Shown here one piece after another: positions 1 through 14,600 of a DNA stretch of 64,000 bases. The number at the start of each line of letters is the position of its first letter. The stretch's first letter is position 1. The position numbers were made by a program, and so were the translations under genes. Origin of the DNA: Welwitschia mirabilis (lineage: Eukaryota). The DNA is taken from the NCBI GenBank assembly GCA_051453625.1, contig JBOZIK010000001.1:28086044-28150043 (forward strand), read 5' to 3'. The notes below the pieces were generated by a model. That model searched no databases and was not told the origin of the DNA. It saw only the letters and a list, made by a program, of their open reading frames with translations.

Positions 1-30
1 ATCTATGTTTAAGATTTTCATAAAGATGGT

Positions 31-1127
31 TGCAATGCATATTTGTACTTATAATTCAACTATTCTAAAGATTGAATTTAACTTGCAACATCTAAAAAGC
101 TAATGATCTAATTACACATAATACACATTTATATAGTGGGATCAAACAAATGTCATACACTTAGAGAATAATTATGAAAGAGAATATGAAAATTTACTTT
201 AATAAAGTAAATAATATATTATTTTAGGGCTTTGATTTAAAGGAAATAAAATTAAACAATTTGAAGATTAAGTTGGAAAGCAATGTAATGAAATGAAATG
301 AAATGTAGAATAATAAATGTAATTCTAATGTAACAAATTAATTAAACTTTTAATATACTATTACTAGATTGGTCCTTGTAATCTTTTTTAATTATAAATT
401 CATGTCACTTAAATTACAATTAAGATACGATATAAGGAAGAGCAATAAAAAATTAAAAAATTTCAAATCAATCAAAACTTTTATTAATGAAATTGAATTA
501 CATCTACTTATGACAATAACTCCTTAATAGCAAATTCATTACCTAACACTAAGATGATCCTTTTTACAAGTAGGATGGATTTCCTTACCTCCAACAATCT
601 CCAATCATCATAAGAATGTAGATGATAAAATATGATTTTGAATAAAATCCTGAAAGGATCTATTTATAAGTTAGGATAGATCGCTAAAGGATGTAAAAAA
701 AGAGGTATGAGTTAGATCCACCCTTTCATAATAATTGAATTAAGTTTACAAATTATTTTGATTTTCATCCATCATGTCATCCCCATGACATATAGGACAA
801 CACTCCATCTACTAACTAAAACTTAGCATGTGTCAAAAATGCTGACTATCATCTTGATCGTCATTTCCATGACATAGAGGAAAGTCATACTTTTCTATCT
901 ATCATTCCCTCTGTCATCTTCATGACATGAAGAATGACCATAATACCTTTATCACATTGCTTTGGTTGATCATTATTTCAAAATAGCTTCTTATGTTGGA
1001 GACTATTGCAACTTTTTGCCTAGATGAAAGCCTTATATAATTTCCATAAATCATTGAAAAAACCTGTCAATAGGACTTGAAAATATACTTCACAAGTGTA
1101 GTAAATAGGTCAAGTTGGTATTACAAC
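31..1127 (-). repeat. Ty3/gypsy (Athila-like) 3' LTR of element A2
   Basis: Starts TGCAATGCATATTTGTAC and ends TTGGTATTACAACA. These termini are homologous to the LTRs at 10375-11614, 28730-29971 and 45839-50019. It is followed by a PPT-like tract. Confidence 0.75.
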
Positions 1128-1142
1128 ATAGTTATTCACTTA
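1128..1142 (-). promoter_or_regulatory. Degenerate polypurine tract of A2
   Basis: Reverse complement CTAAGTGAATAACTA matches the LTR-adjacent CTAAGTGGGAGGCTA at 60066-60080. Confidence 0.6.
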
Positions 1143-2589
1143 GAATTTATCATTCCATGATTAAGTAAGTGAATAACAAGTTATGAGTCAACTAATGAAA
1201 AGAAATTCAAAACATGTATATAATTTAGAATTAAGAGTATAACATGTAAAATACATCTATAAAAAGGCATAAGTAAAATTAATGTATATTATCAATCATT
1301 TATTTTAACATCATAGAATACATTTGATTATTTGATTTATAAATTATGTAATATAAGTGTCTATCCCCTTTCACTATATGAGCAAGTTGTCTTAAGTTGT
1401 ATAAATCTTAAAGAAAAGGTAACTTAAGTAAGATTTTATGATTGCAATATTAAGTAATAGAAGAGGTTATCAAAAGAAAGATTATTAAAAGAAAAGAACG
1501 TATTACTATCATGCAAAAGGATAGTCAAGGTAGAAGTTAATTTGATTTTATGTATAATAATCAAGTAATGCAAAATAGAAAATGACAAAGTCCTAAACAT
1601 TATTTTGGAAGAGGTGAGAAAATTGAATTTGAAAAGATAAACTTATAAACTAAGGCAAGATAGGAAAAAAAAGAAAACATAGAACATAAATAAGATTAAC
1701 TCTTTATCTAAAATTCAAACTTAGCAAGACTTCTTGATAAGGGTTATAAAGTTACTTGATATAGAAATCTATGATTCAATGTAGAACACCATAAAGTACC
1801 ATTTGAAAGGGTAGTGATATCGACAATATCTAATTAGTATGTTTATCAAGATATCAAGTCATGTTTGGACTATAATTCAATTCATTTTTAGCTATGACAA
1901 CCATAGTACTTTGATAAGATATCATCTAATAATTAATGTATTCATATGCTCTCAAATTCTATGTCTTAGAGTGATGGGCGTTTTTAGTCAATGGGGTGTT
2001 GAACAATACCATTCATCATAATAAAGGAAGTACAACCACTATAAAGAAAATAAGGAGTATTAAGCCAAAGTTATATCATGGCTAACTAATTCTCTAATGG
2101 AGTTCCCATAACTATCATATCATGCTGCCAAAGGTCCCTCTTAAGAAAATTTATCCTAGTACATTTAGGGTAGTATATCATAGTATAATTATAAGAGGGG
2201 AATTCATTTTATTTTCTTTATATTTATTTTGTTTTTATTTTTCTTTTTTTAATATTTCCCTTTTTCCTTTTATTTTTTTATTCTTTTTCATTGACTTAGA
2301 CTTTTATTTTTGACAACATTGATTAATAATTGAAATAATAAGGTAATAAAGTATATAACTGAAAGCAAGCATCAGATTAACATAATTGATATTTTACTAT
2401 AAAAAAACCAATGTGATTAATTGTAGATATTGGAATATCTTAAGATTAAATGAATCCAATCTTTATCACATGAAAATCCAAAGTAAAGAATTATTTAATC
2501 CTGGTAATACCTATGGAAGTCAAACATAAATCAAGTTAAAAATGATCGAGTAGTCTCATAACTTAAATTAAGAAATAAATATAAGAAAG

Positions 2590-2980
2590 AATCTACTTGA
2601 TGGCCAAGGAAAGATCTTTCTTTTTACAAAGAGGATCTTCCAAGTTAATTACTTCTATCATGTTCAAGATATAACAATAATCATTTGAAAATTTATAAAG
2701 TTTTAACTTTTATCCATTTTCTATTTGAATTTTGTAAGTTTTAAGATTAAAGATTTTAATAAAGCCATTATAATATATTATTTCTACATTATAAGTACCA
2801 AGCCATTTAGAGTTTAGCTTGTTATTTATAAGATGTAATCAAGTATTACACAAAAGCACAAATTAATCCATGTCTATAAGTTTAGTAATTTTATCCTTGA
2901 TTATAGGCTCAATGACAAGATTAAGTAAAGCTTTTTATTAGAAAGGGTAAAGTTGAAAACTAATGATCAATGGCTTATTA
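2590..2980 (-). pseudogene. Gypsy integrase C-terminal fragment (A2)
   Basis: Minus translation contains VLLCNT*LHLINNKLNSKWLG, equivalent to Athila VLLYNSRLHLFPGKLKSRW.GP. Homologous to 4340-4800. Confidence 0.75.
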
Positions 2981-4339
2981 TAAGTATTATTTAAGAAAAT
3001 GTAGTTTAATCTAGAAAAAATCTAAAAGCCAACAATCACAAGAAAAGTAGTAAAAAGGATAGAAAAAATGTAGAAAGTGAAAAATTATCTTGAAAAAATG
3101 ACCATTGTGGAAAAAGAATCACGGGGAAAAAAGGGGTGTAAAAATAGAAGAAAATACACTAAGTAAAAAGAAGTAATGCTCAAAGACTTCTCAAATGTGC
3201 TCAAATTCATGGTAAAATAAGAACTGAAACTCATTAGATCATTGAAATGTATTAAAAATATAATAATAATTCTCTATATAAATTATGAAAAACATCAATA
3301 ACAAACTACAAAATGATTAAATTCATAATAGTATGCTAAAAAGGGATGGTAAATAACTTTGAAAAGTCTAATAAAATAACTAAAGAAAAACAAAATAAAA
3401 ATGGACAACTAGGAACATAAAGAATATTACTTAGTTATCCTAAATTCCAACCTAATAAATTTCCTTAATAATAATTATAAAATCACTTGGTAAAAAATTC
3501 ATGATAATATGTAAGAACTCATGAAGTACCCCTCAAATAGGCAATGATTATGATGATGTCAAGTATATCTAATGTTATCAAACAATGAATGATGAGGAAA
3601 AAAAACTATTAAAACATGAACTTACAAGTTATCATATCAAAATAACACTAGAATCCAAAAAAGTATAATGATCATATCAAAGTACTTGAAATAAATAAAA
3701 GGTGTTCAGAAAATAAGCATTTCATCTGATGATACTTGGGACATCATTAAGGCCCTAGCCTTTAAGTAAAATTATATTCTACCATGATGAGGGGAGTGCA
3801 ACCACTATCAAAGGAGTAATAATCCATACAGCATAACCTACTGATTCCCAAGTGAAGTTCCCATAGCTACCCTATCACACTACTAAAGGCCTGTCCTAAG
3901 AAAATTTTCCCTAATGCACTTGTGATAAGACATCATAATGGTTATGTTTTATAGATATAATATGAAAGAGCATGACCTCTTTTCTTTTTTCCTTCTTCTT
4001 TTTTTTTTTTATTTTTTTAAAAATACAATCCAAATGACCAAGTATTTGTAAGGATAAAAGTGAAGTAGTGAGATGGGTAATAAGTAAGGACATGAAAAAA
4101 TAAATAATTATTTACACCATTAAAAGAGAACAAAAGAACCAAGACACCTTCCTTTAAAATGAAGTTCATAGACATAAAAATTTCTTAATATTGGATGAAA
4201 CTAATCTTGTCATTTAAAATACCCAAGTAAAATATTACTAGTTATGTAAACTTCATAAAGTAAATACATAAGTCAAATTAAATATATTCAAGTGAGAAAA
4301 TGATGTTTACCAAAGGAATGTATTAAAATAAATTTAGAC

Positions 4340-7300
4340 AATGGCAAGAGGAAGGTCCTTCTCTTTAATAGGGGCTTCCAATACAAGTGGTTCTATCATG
4401 TTGAAGGTTTCATCAAAAGATGACTCATAAAGTTTTAATATTTCTTCATTAACTTTTTAAATATCTCTAGTGTTTAAATTAGAGATTTTAATTGAGTCAT
4501 TTGAATGAAATTTTCCTATAAAATAAGAAGTTAACCATTTAGATGTTAACTTGTTGTGTAGAAGATGTACTTAGGTGTTATATATAAATACAAGTTAACA
4601 AGGTTCAAATTACTTATAAATAATCTTTTTATGATCTCTAAACTTGGATTGGGATTTTTAAATGAGTTAACGATGTAGGGTATGAGTACGTTTTTCATCT
4701 AAATGATCAAGTAGAGCTAATCAAGTTCTAAGATTTTCATTCAAATATACAAGGTTAAGTTGATAAGTGAATCAATAGGAATTATAAAAAACATTAAATA
4801 GAAAGATAAAAACTTTTTCATACATAAGTTCATATGGTAAAAAATCTAGAGAGTTACACCAAGTGATATAGTAAGCCTAAAGAACACTATTAACTTTGAA
4901 GAACCATATTTTCCTATTGATAGAAACTAATTTTTGGAGCATACTTTTAACTTCTATATTTGCATTTTTGGCTTAGCCATTAGTTTATGAATAATACGCA
5001 CATGTAACTATATGTTTAATACCAATGGATAAAAGAAGTTTTTAAAAAAGGTAATTAATGGAATGAGTTCCCTGATCACTAATAATTATTTATGAAAAAA
5101 AAAGTTAAAATATTTTAATTCAAACCAAATTGCAAATAGCTCGAGCATCATTATTGGTAGTAGGAATAGCTTCAACCACTTAGTAACATAATCAATAGCC
5201 ACTAGGATGTAATTTTTGTTATAAGATGGTGATATAATAGGGTCCACAAAGTCAATTCCAAAAAAAAACAAAAGGTTCACATTTAAGTATAAGTTTGAGG
5301 AGCATATCTTAAGAATGACTTAGGCTACCATAATGTTAACATGCATTACACCTTCTAGNNNNNNNNNNNNNNNNNNNNNNNNNNNNNNNNNNNNNNNNNN
5401 NNNNNNNNNNNNNNNNNNNNNNNNNNNNNNNNNNNNNNNNNNNNNNNNNNNNNNNNNNTACACCTTCTAGTAAAGTCAAATGAATCCTTAAAACGGATAG
5501 GCTAATAGAAACCAAAGTAAAGAATTTTTATTGTAGTTTTTTAGCCACTCCATTATGATAAAGTTTTAGAATTTCTAAGCTTTTCCACTCAGACACATAC
5601 TAACACATGGTTTAGTCTTTGCATCTTCTATAAATATGGGGTTCATTCCACTTATAGTCACTAATCCTATGGAGAAAATATTTTCATTGGTTATGGTTCC
5701 AACGCTGAGGTGCTTTCATAGTAACAAGGTAGCTCATGATATGAGCATACCAAGAAGTAGGATGAGTAAAAGAGATGGCATAAAATTTCTTAATCACAAA
5801 GAGTTATTCATTAGGAAAGGAGTTATTTATGGGAATCACATCATGAAAAAAGTGAGTTGAGATGGGTAATTAGAAACATTATTATTTTTTCCAGTCTTAT
5901 AAATGACAGTGATATTAAATTCTTACATAAAAAGGATCCATCTATTAAGTTTAGCACTAAAATATTTCTTAGTCATAAGATAGTAGATGGCTACATGATC
6001 TGTGTAAACATTGATGTGAAAGTTAAAAAAATAATGTCGAAGATGATCAAGAAAAAATATTATGGCAAGCACTTCTCTCTTGGTAGTAGTATAGTTAGAT
6101 TGGACTTAGGATAAAGTTTTACTAAGATAGGAAATGACTTTAAAATCATTTTTATATTTTTTACCATGAACCCCATCCATTGTAATGTTGCTTTCATTAA
6201 ATAAAAGTTTAAAACCCTTATTACAATTAGGACTCGTAATAATAGGTTTAGAAGAAATATCTTTCTTAAGTGTATCAAATGTAAGTTAACATGACTTATT
6301 CCAACCAAATTTACCATATTTTTCAAATAAGGTATAAAGTGATTTATAAATTTTGACATAAGCATAAATAAAAAAATGATAGAAACTAGAATGGCTAAGA
6401 AAAAATCTAACTTATTTGACATTAGTTAGAAAGCTAAGGTTTTTAATGATATTACCATTTGTAGAATTCATCTTAATTTCTTCCTTTGAAATGTGATATC
6501 CTAAAATAATTTCATGATTGATAAGGAGAAAACTCCTTTCCTAACTCAAATGTAAGCCACTCTCTATACATTTATTCAAAAAATTCTCTAATATTTTTAT
6601 GGTTTGTTCAAAGGTTTCATCAAATATGGAGAAGTCATTTATAAAGATTTCAATAGAGTCATCTATCATATTAGAAAAGACCCCTATCATAGCTCATTAG
6701 AATGTTCTAGGAGCATTGTATATTCCAAAGGGCATTTGTTTAAATGCAAAGGTTCCAAAGGGTAAGGTAAAGGTTGTTTTGGCTTAGTCCTTACTTATTA
6801 TGAAAACTTGATTATAACTACTATATCCATCAAGAGAGTAGTAGTAGGCATGACCTTGGATTCTATCAAGTACTTGATTAAAAAATGGTAAAGAATAATG
6901 ATCCTTTTTGGTAACCTCATTAAGTTTTCTAAAATCAATGCACATTCTTCATTTCCCCCCTTCTTTGGAACTACTATCAAAGGGCTAATTCACTCACTAT
7001 CATATATAGCATATATAATTCTAAAACATTCATAAGTTTAATAATTTCATTTTTAACTATTTGATTAAGGGCCATGTTAAGCCTTCTTTGGGTTTGCCTA
7101 ATAGGTTTAGCATTATCTTCAAGGTAAATCTTATGTTGGATTATGTTAGAAAGAATGGCAGTTAAGTCTTTATGAGTTTAAGCAAAGGAATCTTCTTTAG
7201 AAATTAAGAGTGAGATCAAGATAAATTTTTATTAAGAAGTCAGATAGTTACTTATTATCAGGGATTTCTTTAGATTGTCAAATAGAAAAATTAATTTCAA

Positions 7301-9914
7301 ACCTTCAAGTAATTTCTTAAGTTATAAGTTGGAATTTTTAACTATTGTCTCCTCTATTATGGGAATGAAAAATGTGGAATGAAACTCTACAAATGCTTTT
7401 CTACCAAGTGAATATGTTGAGTTTCTTCCCATTTAATGTATTATTTATTCTCAAAGTTAAGACAATGTGTTTTAGTTGGGTTATCATATAAAGTTGGTTT
7501 ATGTAGCATGATTAATCTCTCCTCAATTGGTCGATATTGTAAAAAAAAATTTTGGTTTCAATTATTTTTATAGCTCATCTCTTATGTTCTTTTCAATGGC
7601 ATCAAAAAATAAAATGGTAAACTTTTTATTACCTATATGACATTTCATCATCCTAGTTTGTGTGTCAATAATACAATGGACAGTTGTACAAAAGGATCCT
7701 TGTAAGAGAAGTGGATAACCTCCATCATGTTCTATGTCAATGATAGTCACATCTATAGGGTAAAAGGCTTCCTTAATTTCCATGACTAAGTCCTTGATAA
7801 TCCTTAATGGTTTCTTAATTGAAGTATTAGCCAATTCTAAGATAATTCATGTACATTCTATTTTGTTTTTTATTCCAAGTCTCTTACATATGTGTAAAGG
7901 CATAATGTTTACACTAGCTCCTATGTCAATTAAAGCTTTTCAAATTCTTTTATCTCCTTCTAAGGTGATACTCATAGTTGTGGTTCTAGACTCATTAAAT
8001 GTAGGACACCTTTTTATGACTAAGTTAAAAATAGATTAAAAAACAAAATCTTTGGTAGGGATGGTACATTTTTATTTTCTTCTCACTAGGTTCTTTCATA
8101 ACTTAGAATATTTAAGGTTTTCTTGTAAGAGTTTCCAAAAAGATAAGTTGATGTTAACCTCTTGCATTAAGGTTTTTAAGTTTTTATTAAAGGTAAGATT
8201 CATATTTAATCAATCAAGTCAAGGAGTAGATAGTTTCTTACCTTTGTTTCTTTATAAAGAATTTTTAGTGGAGGTTTTAGTATGTGATGTTAATGGAAAT
8301 TTATATGAATTCAAAATTTCTACATCATCTTCTTCATTTACTTCATTGTTTTTGAAGGTTAAAATCTTAGAGTATGAGGTTTTGTATCATTTCTACTTCT
8401 TGTTACTACTTTTAAATCTTTCTGGACTTCATTTGGATTGGGAAAAGGTTGAAATGTGAGAAACCCTTATGAACTTTGATTAGAAAGCATTGTTTGTTGG
8501 AGAACATTCACTAATTTTTTAATGTTGATATTAGTCTTTTCTTGCACCTTTTTCATTTCTTCTATGGATTCTCTAAGTAGATTAATCTGATTTTATTGAA
8601 AATTAGGTTAAAAGTTTGAATTTATAAAACTATTTTCAAAGGCTTTCATTGTGATTGTTTACCTAACCTTTGTTGAAATTATGATTAGCTTTTAAAGTTA
8701 GTTGTTCTTTGGTTGAAAGCACAAAATTCCTCTAACATCCTTTTCTTATAATATGGCAACAAAGAATACCCTTTAGTTGGATGAGAGTTGTCTTTACAAA
8801 TTTTACAAGTTAAATTTGAATTTTCATCCTTTACTACCTTTACATCAATTATTAATTATTTGTACTTCTCTAGATAATAGTGAAATATCTAATTAAGTTG
8901 GTTGAATCATTTCTCTCTTCTTCCTTTTAAAGTTTGATCTCCTTTGAACATTTTATGATTTGGCCTACAGTTTGATTTTCTTTAGTGGATTTAGGCCAAG
9001 TTTAACTCATTTCTAATAGGTTTTTCAACACACTTCATACCTCTTCTAAGACTAAATCCAGCAAGATTTCTTCATAAGAAATATATATATATATTTGATT
9101 TGAAAATTCAACTCACTATAGAAATAATCAACTAACTTTTTCTTATGGTATTCATTAATAGGATTGGAATGACTAGCTATGATAAAAGTTTCATAAGCCA
9201 TGGCATAATCCTCATGATGTTATTGTTGAAAGTTGGTCTCTTCCTTTATTCATTTTCTCATGGAACTTTCACTTAAAATTAATTTGATAAAAATTTCTTT
9301 CACTTAACTCCATAACTTAATATTCTTATATGGAATGGTTTTAAGCCAAATTTTTATCCTTTCTTTAAGTGTGACTAAAAAAATAATCATGTAAGTATGA
9401 TTATTCATACATTTCTTATTATTTCTCAAGGTAATCACAATTTGTTCAATGTTAGCTAATTTTTGAAAAGCATTTTCCTTAGGTTCCCCTAAAAAAGTTG
9501 GATAAGCACTTAAGTTTCTTAATTCTACATCATCATTAAGAGGTAAAATAAAGGGATTTTAGATTTCATGTTTTCTATTAGTAATGAAATCTCAAAGAGT
9601 AACATTTTCATTTAAATTAGAAGTTCCTATTATGATTAGAGTACTAAACAAAGCAACATGCTTTTGGTTTGGAATGATTTTAACATATTTGAAGAAGAAA
9701 TCATATAATCTACTTCTATGCTACAATTTTCTTTTACATAGTCTAATGATAAAATAATAAAAGTAGAAAAATCTTCTTTTTTAATTCTTACAATTTGTGT
9801 ACCTAGGGTATGTGTACTTGGATTTTGCTTGTAGTCAAATAATCTTTCTCTAATGTTTTCTTCAATCAGGTTTTACTCTCTCTAATATTTCGTCTTTCTA
9901 CTAGAATTCACCAT
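4340..9914 (-). pseudogene. gag-pol pseudogene of A1 (gag, aspartic protease, RT, RNase H, integrase)
   Basis: Protease KALIDIGASVNIMP ~7900-7940; RT VVPKKGG ~6960, LLMD/LDGYS and FINDF (FMDDF) ~6630-6645; RNase H YTDH and RWIL; integrase GIDFVDP...YILVAIDYVTKW (ORF 5086-5280). Many stops and frameshifts. Confidence 0.9.
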
Positions 9915-10350
9915 ATCCCTACATGCTCAAATAGGAAATAAAAATCAAAATAAAAAATATTATACTATTATCCATCTAGTTGTGAGAATGATAGGAAGAA
10001 CAACAATCATAGTAACAGAAAATCAAACTCAAATAAAAATTACCAAAAATAGAAAATTTGACTATCATCATGGCTATCATGGGGATGATAAATAAGATGA
10101 TAATATTTTTATTACTTATCTAACAATAGAAAGAAAACTTGTGAATAAAAAAATAAATTTAAAAACTTAGAACTATTATTCCTAGTATCATGGATATGAC
10201 AAAGAGGATGATCAAGATTCTAAAAACTATGGAAAATGAAAATTTCTAAAATAATCCTACTAAAATAAAATACTATTTTAAATAAATATCATAAACTAAA
10301 ATTAAAGATACTTATCTAAATAGTGATAATCCTCTAGCTCCTTATGGCCC

Positions 10351-10368
10351 CTTCTAGCAATGGCACCA
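10351..10368 (-). promoter_or_regulatory. Primer binding site of A1 (tRNA-Asp type, Athila)
   Basis: Reverse complement TGGTGCCATTGCTAGAAG is a deaminated form of TGGCGCCGTTGCCGGGGA and lies just inside the 5' LTR. Confidence 0.8.
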
Positions 10369-10374
10369 AAATAT

Positions 10375-11614
10375 TTTGATGTGAATTTATGCAATTCTTA
10401 AGTCTTTTAGGCAAAACATATAAATTTCAATACTTGCAAAACACACATACTAGGAGTCAATCCAAATGTCATAATTTATTGAAGGCACTAGGCTTAGAGT
10501 TAGAGAATTAATTTTATAAAAGTAATTTTTAGTTTTTTATCTTTTAATAAATAAAAGTAAATAATAATACAAAATGTAATATAAAATAAAAAGTGAAATG
10601 CAATGAAATGAAGTGAAAATGGGATGAGTTCTATTTGAACTCTTAGTTCTCCTATCATAAGAACTAGCTCTCTATAATTTAAATTAATTAATAATAGTTT
10701 ATTACTTATTCCTAACCAACGTGAACTATAAGATATGCCAAATATAATATAGAATACGAAATAAGAATGAAATGAAATAGCAATGCAAATCTAAACTAAT
10801 CAAATCAACCTTAACAAAGGTTGCTCTTATGATCTCAATAAATTATAGAACTATTACTAAACTATAACCAACTTAAATAATAAGAGACATAAACACAATT
10901 GAAGTGAAAAGAGTATTTGAATTGATTATAGAACTTTTACATCCATTTACAACAACGTAGTAGCTTCTCAATAGAGGATACTTAGCTTAACACCAAGGTG
11001 ACTTCTCTCCATAGCTACTATATGGACCTCTCATCCTTTCATATTCTATCACAAAAACATCAAGTATAGAAGATGAAAATAGAAGTGAAGGAAAGAAATG
11101 GTATTTATAATTTTACATTAAAGTTCTAGAAGCTTAACCCTAAAAGTTAGAGAAGAAAACTTTGTAGCTCAAATGAGTCAGATGACCTCATTATAAAGAT
11201 AATTCTTTATATCATTGAAAAAATATTATTTGTTCTCACTATTATGGGGATGACACTAGAGATGTTACTCCATGTTAAAAGATGATCCATCAGCCTCAAG
11301 CCCTATAGTCACCACAACCTCCATCCATGTTAGCAGTGTTATCATTCTACCTATCCTAGGATAATGGAGGGGATGGTAAACTTTTTCATCTTCAATCTAA
11401 AAGATAAATTAGTCTTTTGCATAATACATCCTTCTTTTAAAGTATGAAGTATCAGAATAAACTTTAGAATCCTCCAAATATGCTAAGAATTCATGTTTTG
11501 ATGATTATCCTACCAGTTCTCCATAATTATTAGTATTGCATCCAAACCTATATAAAAGTCCTACAAACGCACTCAAAATACACCATCAAATTCCTACAAA
11601 TTAGTATCACAACA
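10375..11614 (-). repeat. 5' LTR of A1
   Basis: Adjacent to the PBS, ends AGTATCACAACA, and is homologous to the other gypsy LTRs in the window. Confidence 0.8.
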
Positions 11615-14600
11615 CCTAGCTAATAAAAACTAAAGTGAATTATTTTCATACTTATTTTTTATCCACTAAAATGATCTTCACAAATATCATTATGGTAAAG
11701 ATGAAGAATTTCTAAATTTTCTCATTCGAGCACACATTTTTGCTTGCTTTGGTCTTTACACCTATGATAAAGATATGTCTCTATCTATTTATAATCATCT
11801 ATTCTATGAAGAAAGGATTTTATTTAATTATAATTCTAATGTTGTGCTATTTCAATGGTAACAAGGTAATTAACAGTGTGAGCATAGTAAGGAGGAAGAT
11901 GAGTAGAAGATATGACAAAAAGATATTCATATAGAAAATAATCATTAATCATAAGATTATTAAGAGAGGATAAAATACATTACAAATGATCTGTTATACT
12001 ATTATGTTTCCCTGCTTTATCAATAATGGCCAAATTAAATTCTTGCATAAGGAGGATTTATATAATAAATCTAATACTAGAATCTGTCTTGGTCATAAGG
12101 TATCTAATTGCTATCTAGTCGGTATAAACATTTATATAAAATCCTAAAAAATAATATCTAAGTGTATCAAGGTAAAATATTATTACTAACATTTCTTTTT
12201 TAGTAGCAGTGTAATTCATTTGAGATTTAGACAAAGTTTTACTATGATAAGATATAACCTTAAAATCATTTTCATATTATTATTCAAGAAGCCCACCCAC
12301 AATAATGTTACTAGCATTATAAAATAACTCAAAATCTTTATTCCAATTAGATCTCACTACAATATGTGTGAAAGAGATTTTTATTTTCAAGTATATCAAA
12401 ATCAAGTTGATGAAATTCATTCTAATAAAATTTAGCTTCTTTTTAAGTAAAAATTAAAGGTGTTTATAAATTTTTGCATAATCATGAATAAAACAATAAT
12501 AAAAACCACAATGACTAAAAGAGGATTAAACTTGTTTTATATTTATTAAAGGAGTTAGGTTTTTAATTATACTAAATTTTTTAGGATTCTTCTTCATTCC
12601 TTTATCAGAAATGTTATAACCTAAGATAATTTCACTATTAACTAAAAATAAAATTTTCTCCCAACTCAAATGTAGGCCACTGGTAATGTATCTTTTAAGG
12701 AATTTCTCTAATCTTTTGAAGATTTATTCAACATTTTTACCTTAGATTAAGAAGTTATCCATAAAAATTACAATTGAATCCTCTAACATATAAGAAAATA
12801 TATCCATCATTGCAAGTTGAAAAGTACCAAGAATATTGTAAATTCGAAAGAGCATACATCGAAAAGAAAAATTTTTAAAAGATAAAGTAAAAGTAGATTT
12901 AGCTTGATTCCACCTAGTAATACAAACTTGATTATAACTACTATACCATCAAAAAAGTAATAAAAATCATGTCCTTAGATTCTATCAAGTACATAGTCAA
13001 GGAAAGGTAAAGGACCTTGGTCTTTTTGGGTTATTTCATTTAATTTTCTAAAATCAATACGCATTCTCTACTTTCCACATTTCTTAGGCACTACCATCAA
13101 AGGACAAATACACTAACTATTAGCTATGGCATAAATGATTTCAGCATCCATTAATTTAATGATTTCATCCTTTATAACTTGTTTAAGTATTAGGTTTATT
13201 CTATGTTAAGGTTAACTAATAAGTTTCAAATTTTTCTTAAAGTAGATTTTATGTTAAACAATAGAGGTAGAAATGGCTGTTAAGTTTTTATGGTACTAAG
13301 CAAATGCATTAACCTTAAATTTTAAAAGCGAGATTAAAATCAACTCTTATTGAGGGGAAAGATTCTTTTTTATTATTAAAGGTTTATTTTGATCATTACA
13401 TATAAATATATATTTTAGTCTATTAGGTAAATATTTTAAATTTAAATTTAGATTTTTATTTTTTGTTAAATTTTTATCAAAATTTACTGTCCTCTCAGAC
13501 TATTGTCTAGATGACTAAGGTGGATGGTCTCCATTAAAATAAAAAATATTAGTTTTGTTTAGATTTTAGATTTCTACATAGTGTATAATTTCAAGTCTTC
13601 TACTCTTCATTAAAATATTTTCTAAGTGCTCCTAGTTGAGTTAATCATCATTAAAAGCTTCCAATTCTTCTACTTCAAGTGAATCATCAAACAAGATTAC
13701 CTCATGAAGCATTAACCATATTTCTTCTAGTGGATAATGTTGTAAAACTAGAATAGGCTTAATTTATTCTTTAATATTCAATTCATAATACAAATTATTT
13801 TAATAGCATCAATACTCTAATAGTAAACATTTTATTTTCTAAGTAACATTCCATCATTTCAATTCTAGTATCAACAATATAGTGGGTTGTTGTATAAAAA
13901 GCTCTATCTAAAAGTAGTAGGTAACCTTCATTATGCTCAACTTCAATCACAACAACATATATAGGATAGAGGTTTCCTTAAGTTAAATTACTAAATCTTT
14001 AATTACTCTCAAATATTTCTCTACTGATGTATCTGATAATTCTAAAATAATTCTTGTAGGATCAATTCTTCTTTTTAAACTAGGTCATTAACAAATGTAT
14101 AAAGGCAAAATATTAACAGTTACTCCTATATTTATTAAAGCTTTTTTTATTATTTTGTTTTCTTAAATGTAATACTAATAGCTATTACCCCTATATCCTT
14201 AAACTTTGGACATTTTTGTAAAACTAATTTGATTTTAAATTGGGCTAGGAGGACTTTACTTGGTATATTTTGTTTTTATTTCCTCTTAATTAGATCTTTT
14301 CATAACTTAGAATATTTAGGATATTTTGCAAAAATATTCAAAATAATAAGTTAATGCTTATATTTTACATTAAAGCTTTAGTATATTCACCAAATATAGG
14401 ATTAATATTTAATCTATCAAGCCAAGGGGTAGTAGGTTTTGTACCTTTATCTTGAGAAGAATCTTTCTTATTTTTCTTTAAATGAGAAGGAAAAGTATGA
14501 TTTTCTAAGATTCCTATATCTTCTTATTCATCATCATTTTTATCATTTTGGGATGTTAAAATCTATGTGTAGAAGGTGATGTATCACTTTCACTTCTTTT

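Larger units (their letters stand above)
2980..11614 (-). mobile_element. Degenerate Athila-like element A1 nested in the A2 integrase, 3' LTR deleted
   Basis: 5' LTR 10375-11614, PBS 10351-10368, gag-pol ~9914-4340, 3' UTR 4340-2980. The right flank at 11615 is the GFYWP-like region of the A2 integrase zinc finger. Confidence 0.8.

Noticed and set aside
5347-5470. TACACCTTCTAG repeated on both sides of a gap, resembling a TSD
   Set aside because: Contig overlap; the integrase frame continues across it.
8052-8459. 135-aa plus-strand ORF and similar short hydrophobic ORFs across the window
   Set aside because: Antisense or off-frame readings of degenerate gag-pol or of AT-rich non-coding DNA.
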